From the NCBI GenBank assembly GCA_963667015.2, contig CAXXJJ010000004.1, forward strand, positions 288,001 through 352,000: 64,000 nt of DNA. The letters run 5' to 3'. Of this stretch, positions 56,654 to 64,000 are shown piece by piece; positions within the stretch are counted from its first letter, which is position 1; each line of letters opens with the position of its first letter. Both the position numbers and the translations under genes were made by a program. The notes under the pieces were generated by a model, which saw nothing but the letters and a program-made list of their open reading frames with translations, did not search any database and was not told the origin of the DNA. The DNA comes from Desulfatiglandales bacterium (GTDB lineage: Bacteria; Desulfobacterota; DSM-4660; Desulfatiglandales; HGW-15).

Positions 56654-56731
56654 AGTTTTATAGTGATTCTTTTATTATACGCAGCGACATAATTAATTGC
56701 GCAAATTAAACAAGTATGTTATGATGCTTTC

Positions 56732-57247
56732 ATGAAAGCATCCAAAATAACAGACACAGAAAATATTATTTTCATCCTCCAAGATGAAATACGCCGGACA
56801 GATGAGGCGCGCTACGATCATAGGCTTCATGCCATACTTCTTGTAGCTCAAGGTATGAGCAGCAGACAAGCCGCACAGTATCTTGGTGATTCTCCAAGGA
56901 CTGTAGCATACTGGGTTCAAAGATTCGAAGCTGAAGGTCTTTCAGGGCTTGCTGATGCAGATAGACCCGGAAGAACTAAAAAGCTGAATCAGGTGCAGAT
57001 GAATAAAATAGAGATTGCTTTACGTAATTCACCTATTGATTACGGATTATCAGGCAATCTATGGGACGGCAAAACATTATCTGCCCACATCCAAAAAGAA
57101 TTTGGAGTCCAGTTAGGTGTACGTCAATGTCAGCGCATGTTCAGGCAATTAGGTTTTCGGCTAAGGAAACCACGTTCAAAAATCGCTAATGCTGACGCCT
57201 CTCGAAAAGAGGACTTTAAAAAAAATTCTAAAACTTATGAAGGATGA
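56732..57247 (+). CDS. IS630 transposase OrfA (HTH DNA-binding part)
   Basis: RLHAILL, TVAYWVQRF..EGL.GL.D..RPGR, LGFRLRKPR. Confidence 0.92.
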   Translation: MKASKITDTENIIFILQDEIRRTDEARYDHRLHAILLVAQGMSSRQAAQYLGDSPRTVAYWVQRFEAEGLSGLADADRPGRTKKLNQVQMNKIEIALRNSPIDYGLSGNLWDGKTLSAHIQKEFGVQLGVRQCQRMFRQLGFRLRKPRSKIANADASRKEDFKKNSKTYEG

Positions 57248-57776
57248 TAAATACGACATTTGGGCAATTGATGAAGTTCACTTCCAACAATATGGTTCAT
57301 GCTGCCGTATGTGGATACCTCCAGAAGTCAAAGAACCTATCCTATTGCATCATCCTACACGTGCCAGCGTTGGTTACTATGGAGCAGTAAGACTTCGTGA
57401 TGGTAAGTTTGCATATAAGCCTGAATGGGATAAATTTAATGGTGAAACATTTTTTTCCTTTCTTAAGTATTTAAGAAGGATCAGTTCCCATTCAGGTCGA
57501 AAAGTGATTATTATTAGTGACAATGCCAGATATCATCATGCCAAACTGCATAAAAACTGGCGTGATCAATGTTCAAAACAATTTGAATTAATGTATTTGC
57601 CTCCATATAGTCCGGAGTTAAACCCTATTGAACGTGTCTGGAAACTTACAAGAAGGATGGCCGTACATAACAGTTATTTTCCTTCTTTACAAAGTGTAGC
57701 TGATGCTATTGAATCATTGTTTGATACTTGGTCTTGTGGCAACAATACATTATTAAAGTTATGCGCATTTATTTAA
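57189..57776 (+). CDS. IS630 transposase OrfB (DDE part), probably joined to OrfA by recoding
   Basis: IDEVHF, SDNARYH, LPPYSPELNPIERVW. Confidence 0.92.
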   Translation: MLTPLEKRTLKKILKLMKDDKYDIWAIDEVHFQQYGSCCRMWIPPEVKEPILLHHPTRASVGYYGAVRLRDGKFAYKPEWDKFNGETFFSFLKYLRRISSHSGRKVIIISDNARYHHAKLHKNWRDQCSKQFELMYLPPYSPELNPIERVWKLTRRMAVHNSYFPSLQSVADAIESLFDTWSCGNNTLLKLCAFI

Positions 57777-57816
57777 GTCGCACAGTATAATTTATTTATT
57801 TTGAGGAGACAACACC

Positions 57817-58560
57817 ATGACAGACTTATCAGAATACAACTCATACGGAGAAAAGCTTGAAAGTCATTTTTGCTTAAGAACTTCCCCTATGGCAGTTAAA
57901 ATGCTCGAAAGTGAAGGTGATATTCCTGAAGGGGCCATAAGGCCTTCAAAGGATATGGGTACACGAATTGCACAGTGCCAGGCATTTGCACTTTCAAGGC
58001 GTGAGAAAAAAACAGTAGCTATGCTCAAGGAAGACAATAACTGTTTTGCCCCGATAATTGCCTATGGGATTGAAGACAAGCCTGATGATGCTCAATACGA
58101 ATTATTTATGAGATTCCCGACCTTTGATAAAGGAAAATATATCGGTATTGTCTCTGCACCCTTAAGAACCGCAAATTTTGAGCCTGATGTAATCGTTATA
58201 TATTCAAATACAGCCCAGATGAGAAGCCTTATAATGCCTTTACATTTTACAGCAAAAGAGGATGAACTCCAGTATCATTTTTTCCCGCCAGTATGTTCTT
58301 ATCTGCTTGTACCTGTTATCAACAAACAGAAATGTCTTGTAGCGCTTCCCGATCCCGGAGAGCACATGCGTGCTTTACCTGCCGAAGACGAAATAATTAT
58401 TTCCATACCAGCATCAAAAATAAGCGACATCATGGATGGAATAAAAAAAGTGGCAGAATTCAAGCAGGGATACCAGGATATCAATTATATGATGAATTAT
58501 AATTTTCCTTTGCCTCCGCTTTACCAGGATTTATTTAAGAGGTGGGGGATGGATAGTTAG
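57817..58560 (+). CDS. DUF169 family protein
   Basis: LRTSPMAVK, AQCQAFALSR, APL....EPDVIVIY.N..Q. Confidence 0.85.
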   Translation: MTDLSEYNSYGEKLESHFCLRTSPMAVKMLESEGDIPEGAIRPSKDMGTRIAQCQAFALSRREKKTVAMLKEDNNCFAPIIAYGIEDKPDDAQYELFMRFPTFDKGKYIGIVSAPLRTANFEPDVIVIYSNTAQMRSLIMPLHFTAKEDELQYHFFPPVCSYLLVPVINKQKCLVALPDPGEHMRALPAEDEIIISIPASKISDIMDGIKKVAEFKQGYQDINYMMNYNFPLPPLYQDLFKRWGMDS

Positions 58561-58561
58561 C

Positions 58562-59704
58562 ATGTTTTTCCCAGACTATACTGGTAACAGCATTGTAAAT
58601 TTGATGAGTTCCATTCGTGCCATTTATGGCAATGAATACCTGTATCCTACTCTGGATGGCCTTGATATTGAGCCTTTTAAAGATAAAAGTATTGTTTTTA
58701 TTATTATCGACGGGCTTGGATATGACTATTTAATGGAATATAGCGATAACAGCTTTTTAAAAAGACATGTTATTCGTAAAATGACATCAGTGTTTCCATC
58801 CAGTACAGCTTCTGCCTATATCAGCCTTGCAACCGGCGTAGCCCCCCAGCAGCATGGCCTCACCGGATGGTTTATGTTTTTAAAGGAAACAGGTATTCTC
58901 ACAAGTATACTGCCTTTTTTAACAAAGGCTGGCGGTATACCCCTGTGGAATGTACCATTTTCAGACATATTCAATTATGACTCCTTTTTCAGGGAATTAA
59001 ATGCCTCTTCCTTCTGTATTATGCATAAAAGCTATGTAAACTCCCAGTGTTCGGATGTGATTACAAAAGGAGCCAGAAGAAAATCCTATTCTGATATAAA
59101 TGAGTTTGCCGGGCGGATCGAGAACATACTCGGTTTTGGGGACAATAAAAAATTTATTTTTGCGTACTGGGACCAGTTTGATAAAATTTCCCATGAAACG
59201 GGAGTAAAGAGCCCGGAGGCCTTTGAACATATCAGGATGATGGATGAAGAAATCAGTAAACTTGCAGCAACTTTGGCCGGAAGTGACACAAGGCTGATTA
59301 TTACCTCTGACCATGGTATGATTGATTCATCAGAGAGGTATACTATCAGGCTTGAAGATCATCCTGAACTCTCGGAAACCCTGGCGCTGCCTTTAGCCGG
59401 AGATCCGAGGGTAGTCTACTGTTATGTGAGACCGGATATGGTTTCTGAGTTTGAAAAATATGTACGGGAAAATCTAAATGAATATTGTGATCTTTATAAC
59501 AGCCGTGAACTTATTGAAAAAGGGTTCTTCGGACTGTATGAGCCCGATAAAAGACTGTATCATAGAACAGGCGATTATACCCTTATCATGAAAAAAAATT
59601 ACATGATAAGGGAGGCCCTTTCAGGACAGAAATACAAGGAAGTTATCGGTATTCACGGCAGTGTAACCAGTGAAGAGATGTTCGTCCCTTTGATTATTCT
59701 TTAA
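58562..59704 (+). CDS. Alkaline phosphatase superfamily / nucleotide pyrophosphatase-like protein
   Basis: IIDGLG, SVFPSSTA, D..SH, TSDHG, G.HGS....EM.VP. Confidence 0.9.
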   Translation: MFFPDYTGNSIVNLMSSIRAIYGNEYLYPTLDGLDIEPFKDKSIVFIIIDGLGYDYLMEYSDNSFLKRHVIRKMTSVFPSSTASAYISLATGVAPQQHGLTGWFMFLKETGILTSILPFLTKAGGIPLWNVPFSDIFNYDSFFRELNASSFCIMHKSYVNSQCSDVITKGARRKSYSDINEFAGRIENILGFGDNKKFIFAYWDQFDKISHETGVKSPEAFEHIRMMDEEISKLAATLAGSDTRLIITSDHGMIDSSERYTIRLEDHPELSETLALPLAGDPRVVYCYVRPDMVSEFEKYVRENLNEYCDLYNSRELIEKGFFGLYEPDKRLYHRTGDYTLIMKKNYMIREALSGQKYKEVIGIHGSVTSEEMFVPLIIL

Positions 59705-59724
59705 CTTGTAAAGGAGGATTTCCA

Positions 59725-60264
59725 GTGAAAAAAAATCTTATTGTATATGCCTCAAAAACAGGCAATACCGAAAAAGTAGCCAGAGAGCTGGCTAAAAATT
59801 TTGAACGATATGAGTGGACCTGTGATCTTAAAAATATCCCGGATGATTATGACGCAAAAAATCCGGATTTCAGTTTTGACGATTATGATTTTGTATGTGT
59901 CGGTTCTCCTGTTATTAGTGAACTTCCCCTTGACCGGATACGCACCCTAACATATGGCCATCCCCCCTTAAAAAGACTTGAGCCAGGCCCAAAATGCGGC
60001 ATTGTATTCTGTTCTTATGGAGGCATACATGTCGGTCCCATGGAGGCTGCTCCGGCACTGAAATTGCTGGAAGTTGAACTTATGCATCAGCTTTATAACG
60101 TGATAGGTTCACTTGCAGTACCGGGAAGTATGGGTGATTTTGATAATCCTGATGTCTATTACAGTGACCTCATAGACAGGCCGAATGAAGCGGACTGGGA
60201 AGATGTAGCGGCCTTTGTAGATGAAACTATGATTAAGCTGAAGGATTATCCTTATTATAAATAA
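59725..60264 (+). CDS. Flavodoxin-like protein
   Basis: YASKTGNTEKVA, VGSP, RPNEAD; GTG start after AGGAGG. Confidence 0.85.
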   Translation: MKKNLIVYASKTGNTEKVARELAKNFERYEWTCDLKNIPDDYDAKNPDFSFDDYDFVCVGSPVISELPLDRIRTLTYGHPPLKRLEPGPKCGIVFCSYGGIHVGPMEAAPALKLLEVELMHQLYNVIGSLAVPGSMGDFDNPDVYYSDLIDRPNEADWEDVAAFVDETMIKLKDYPYYK

Positions 60265-60410
60265 TAAAAAGAGTATTATTATTTCTTTACTTAAATTGGG
60301 TTCTTTACCCTTATCAACTTTAGTGTTAGAATCTTTTATATGCCTTATAAAGTGGATGGTTCTTTGCAGCTTCATATGAGATAGCAGTTTGAAAATATTT
60401 TTTAATCCTG

Positions 60411-60441
60411 GCTTCCGGCTGATAGCTGACAGCTGAAAGCT
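60411..60441. repeat. 7-bp-period array GCTTCCG GCTGATA GCTGACA GCTGAAA GCT
   Basis: Seen directly. Confidence 0.75.
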
Positions 60442-60465
60442 CAATAATTAGAAAGAGAGGTTTCT

Positions 60466-60789
60466 ATGCTGGATGAAATTAAAAAAGGTTTACTTTCAGG
60501 ACTGGGTGCCGTGTTTTTAACAAAAGACAAGATAGAAAGAATAACACGCAGCATGGTTGAGGAAGCCAAGTTAAGCAAAGAAGATGCACAGAACCTCAAA
60601 GAAGATCTGTACAAGACAGGAGAGAAAGAGTGGTCTGATCTTGAAGATTTTTTCTCCGGCATCATAAAGAAAATTATGCAGGGTCTTGACCTTTGCAGCA
60701 GGAAAGATATGGATGAACTCAAAAACAGGGTGGCGGATCTTGAAAAACGTCTTGCTGGCGAAAGTGAACAATTAGAAAAAGAGAACTGA
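60466..60789 (+). CDS. Phasin-like (polyhydroxyalkanoate granule-associated) protein
   Basis: KKGLLSGLGA, ELKNRVADLE; adjacent to a UbiB kinase. Confidence 0.8.
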   Translation: MLDEIKKGLLSGLGAVFLTKDKIERITRSMVEEAKLSKEDAQNLKEDLYKTGEKEWSDLEDFFSGIIKKIMQGLDLCSRKDMDELKNRVADLEKRLAGESEQLEKEN

Positions 60790-60791
60790 TA

Positions 60792-62435
60792 GTGCATTTT
60801 AAAACAATCGCAAGGTTAGGGCGATTCAGAGAACTGATCGTCACCCTGTTAAAATATGGTTTTGAGGAAATTGTCCAGCGCCTTGAATTCCCAGGAATAG
60901 AACTCCTTAAAAAAGTCAACAGGGAGGGAAGGAATGCCGGAACCTATGTCCGCATAAGGCATATGCTGGAAGACCTGGGCCCGACCTTTATCAAAATAGG
61001 CCAGATTATGAGCCTCAGGCCGGACCTTTTACCTCCTGACCTCGTTAAGGAACTCAGTAAGCTTCAGGATCAGGCTGCAACAGTTGACTTTAAACTGATT
61101 AAGTCAATTGTTGAAAAGAGCATGGGAAATAAGATAGAGGATCTCTTTTCCGATTTTGATCCTGTGCCGTTTGCTGCAGCATCTTTGTGCCAGGTTCACA
61201 AGGCAGTCTTAAAAAATGAAGGTCTTACAGTTGCAGTAAAGGTTCGCAGGCCGAGCATTAAAAAGAAGATTGAGGTTGATCTTGATATACTTGAGGCAAT
61301 TGCCGAACGTCTTCATGAACGATCCGATGAATTAAAAATTTATGACCTGCCCAACCTGTTAAAGGTAACAAGACGCAACCTGCTAAAAGAGCTGGACTTT
61401 ACCCGCGAAGCCCGGAATATAAAAATAGCCGGGACATATGAGTCTGATGTTTATGTCCCGGAAGTATATATGGACTACTGCTCCGACAGGGTGTTGATCG
61501 CGGAGTTTATCGATGGATTAAAACTTAGTGAAATCGAAGATAATAATGTAGGTGATCCGCATGAAATTGCAAGGCTGGGATTGAACACTGCAATTAAACA
61601 GATCCTTGAGGATGGTTATTTCCACGCTGATCCTCACCCTGGAAATCTTATATATTCAAAGGAAAAGGGATTATGTCTTATTGACTGGGGGATGGTAGGA
61701 AGACTCACCGAAAGAGACCGCTATGACCTGATTGATCTTATCAGGGCAATTGTTCAAAAAGACAGCGGACTTCTCATGGAAAACCTGTTGAGGATAACCA
61801 TAAAAGAAAAAGATGTCGATGACAGGGCTCTTGAGAGAGAGCTTTCTGAAAATCTGGATCTATTCTTTTCAGGACCTATTAAAGACTTAAATATTGGTCA
61901 TTTACTTTTAGCAATCGTTGACATGCTGAGAGAGTATCGCCTGAAATTACCCCCTGATCTAGTTATTATGATAAAGGCACTCGTAACTGCGGAAGGAACA
62001 GCCAGACAGATATATCCCGAGTTAAATGTTGTGTCAGAGGCAGAGGTATATATAACCAGAATAGCCTCTAAGCGATATAAGGCTGAGATGCTCTGGCACG
62101 GATTAAAAAGAGCACTTATTAAACTCATGTCCCTTCAGAAGGATATACCTGCCAGGTTTTTCAGAATAGCAGATAAGATTGAAAGGGACGAGCTGGGGAT
62201 ACGCTTCAGGCATGAAAACCTTGAGAGCCTTAATCATACCCTTGAAAATATCTCAAACCGACTTGCATTCAGTGTAATTATTGCTGCACTTATTATCGGC
62301 TCATCCATGATAATAACCACAGGGATAGGGCCTTTTATTCTTGGCTTCCCGGCACTTGGTATAATAGGCTATTTTGTTTCCAGCATTCTGGGTTTATGGC
62401 TGATTATTATAATTATTCGGACAAAAAAATATTAG
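60792..62435 (+). CDS. AarF/ABC1/UbiB family kinase-like protein
   Basis: LGPTFIKIGQ, AAASLCQVH, VAVKV, FHADPHPGN, IDWGMVG. Confidence 0.93.
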   Translation: MHFKTIARLGRFRELIVTLLKYGFEEIVQRLEFPGIELLKKVNREGRNAGTYVRIRHMLEDLGPTFIKIGQIMSLRPDLLPPDLVKELSKLQDQAATVDFKLIKSIVEKSMGNKIEDLFSDFDPVPFAAASLCQVHKAVLKNEGLTVAVKVRRPSIKKKIEVDLDILEAIAERLHERSDELKIYDLPNLLKVTRRNLLKELDFTREARNIKIAGTYESDVYVPEVYMDYCSDRVLIAEFIDGLKLSEIEDNNVGDPHEIARLGLNTAIKQILEDGYFHADPHPGNLIYSKEKGLCLIDWGMVGRLTERDRYDLIDLIRAIVQKDSGLLMENLLRITIKEKDVDDRALERELSENLDLFFSGPIKDLNIGHLLLAIVDMLREYRLKLPPDLVIMIKALVTAEGTARQIYPELNVVSEAEVYITRIASKRYKAEMLWHGLKRALIKLMSLQKDIPARFFRIADKIERDELGIRFRHENLESLNHTLENISNRLAFSVIIAALIIGSSMIITTGIGPFILGFPALGIIGYFVSSILGLWLIIIIIRTKKY

Positions 62436-62484
62436 GAGATTTTTCGGGTATAGGAGGAACATTATTATGCTCCTCCCGGCTATC

Positions 62485-64000
62485 TTATATCCTGAATTGA
62501 TTGACCATTGAATCAAGCTGCTCTGATAAACGGCTCAGTTCTTCTGCACTGATATTAACCTGGGTACTGCCTTTTGACACCTCATCCGACTGTGTGCTTA
62601 CTTGGCCGATTTCTTCGGTTATTGATGAAGCCATTTGAGAACTTCTGTTTATATTTTCATTGACCTCCTGTATTCCCTGGGATGCCTGAGAAATGTTGGA
62701 TGCTATTTCCCTTGTCGAAACAGACTGCTCCTCGACTGCAGAGGCAATGGTGTTTACAATATCATTTATTTCATTAATTATACCTGAAATTTGATTGATT
62801 TCTGATATTGTTGAGCTCGTTGTAGATTGCATACCCTCGATCTGGGACTTTATTTCAAACGTTGCATCTGCTGTTTGTTTTGCAAGCTCTTTTATTTCAT
62901 TGGCAACAACTGCGAACCCTTTTCCTGCCTCTCCCGCCCTTGCAGCTTCAATCGTTGCATTTAAAGCAAGCAGGTTTGTCTGCTCAGATATTTCATTTAT
63001 TGTTTCGGTAACCTTGCTTATTGCCTGGGCAACAATACCGAGTTCATTCATCTTTTCACCGGCATTTTTAGATTGTTCCACGGCGTTTTGTGATATTGTT
63101 CTGCCTTTTTCAGCATTTTGAGCTATTTCATTTATTGTTGAAGTCATCTGTTCTGCCGCAGCCGCAACCATTTCTGTGTTTGTGCTGGATTCTTCCATTG
63201 CCGCAGCAACTGCATTAAGGTTGGAACTCATTTCATTTGAGTTATTCAAAACATTTCCTGCACTTCGAGAGGCATTTTCAGAGTTGGCTGCAATTTGTGA
63301 TGATATTGTTGAGAGTTCAGTAGAGGCGGCAGACAGGTTTCTTGATGATTCCATCAGTTCGTTAATCATATGTGAAAGTCTTGTTTTCATAATATTCAGG
63401 GATTTGGATAAAACTCCAACCTCATCCTCCCTGTCTGATTCGAGAGAAGCTGTAAAATTCCCGCTTGATATTTCCTCCGCAAAATTAACTGCCTGAGTTA
63501 TGGGGCGTGATATACTGTAACTGATAAACACACTTATTAAAAGTCCTAATCCTGCCAGAATTATTCCGGTTATTGTTGCTGTTGCAGACAGTTTTCCGGA
63601 TTTTTCCTGTGTGTTTTTTACAAACAGGTCTGAATCCTTTTTCGCCTCTACCTGAATGGTATCAATAAGATTCTGTAATTTATCAATTGATTCTCTGCTT
63701 TGTTTTATGAGGTTTTCAATTTCTTGATCTGAAGATGACTGATTTAATATATTTAGAAGTTCACCTGATTTAATTTTATAATCCTGGTACAGGTCCTCAA
63801 AGGTTTTGAATACAGGCAAAAGATCATTCCTTCCGGCTATTTTGGCACATTCTTTTACCTGTTCCATTTCAGAAAACACTACCTGCATATCCTTTTCAGC
63901 ATCACTTATCAGATTTTTGTCTCTACTGGAAATAAACTGTTCATTTTTTCGAAGACTCTGGAGGACATGCAAGCTGGCCCCATCCATATGGAAGGCCGCT
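62485..64000 (-). CDS. Methyl-accepting chemotaxis protein (5' end beyond the window)
   Basis: TM + HAMP + [32 protein letters not shown]. Confidence 0.95.
   Translation of the reverse strand, partial: AAFHMDGASLHVLQSLRKNEQFISSRDKNLISDAEKDMQVVFSEMEQVKECAKIAGRNDLLPVFKTFEDLYQDYKIKSGELLNILNQSSSDQEIENLIKQSRESIDKLQNLIDTIQVEAKKDSDLFVKNTQEKSGKLSATATITGIILAGLGLLISVFISYSISRPITQAVNFAEEISSGNFTASLESDREDEVGVLSKSLNIMKTRLSHMINELMESSRNLSAASTELSTISSQIAANSENASRSAGNVLNNSNEMSSNLNAVAAAMEESSTNTEMVAAAAEQMTSTINEIAQNAEKGRTISQNAVEQSKNAGEKMNELGIVAQAISKVTETINEISEQTNLLALNATIEAARAGEAGKGFAVVANEIKELAKQTADATFEIKSQIEGMQSTTSSTISEINQISGIINEINDIVNTIASAVEEQSVSTREIASNISQASQGIQEVNENINRSSQMASSITEEIGQVSTQSDEVSKGSTQVNISAEELSRLSEQLDSMVNQFRI

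Larger units (their letters stand above)
56678..57787 (+). mobile_element. IS630 family insertion sequence, apparently intact
   Basis: Imperfect TIRs TACGCAGCGACATAATTAATTGCGCA / TGCGCATTTATTTAAGTCGCACAGTA; TA on each side (56676-77, 57788-89); split transposase. Confidence 0.93.

Overview
Gene-dense 64 kb bacterial chromosomal window with no rRNA, tRNA or CRISPR array seen. Gene content (tungsten-type aldehyde:ferredoxin oxidoreductase, DUF169, sigma-54 promoters, outer-membrane proteins, MCP) suggests an anaerobic Gram-negative organism, probably Desulfobacterota-like (inference). It is a mosaic of accessory genes: a Phd/ParE toxin-antitoxin pair, four NTF2/SnoaL-like proteins, secreted hydrolases (GH43, GH9, esterases, S9 peptidase), an ECF sigma + small membrane protein + signal peptidase I operon, two MacB/FtsX-type ABC systems, a four-helix-bundle (TIGR02436/bAvd-like) gene, alpha-2-macroglobulin, an intact IS630 and three gene remnants. 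The most striking unexplained signal is in the non-coding DNA. Many gene junctions carry short palindromic or periodic elements from several distinct families: about 10 copies of a GACGCAGAGCGTC...GGGAACGAG REP-like element, GTAG-type REPs, and 7-bp and 9-bp period arrays forming inverted arms. These are often nested, often bracket single foreign-looking genes as direct repeats, and twice lie in frame inside coding sequences, including inside the four-helix-bundle gene. My best candidate for an undescribed system is repeat-mediated single-gene cassette traffic linked to the four-helix-bundle protein; this is a hypothesis. All family assignments come from motif recognition by eye, and no searches were run.
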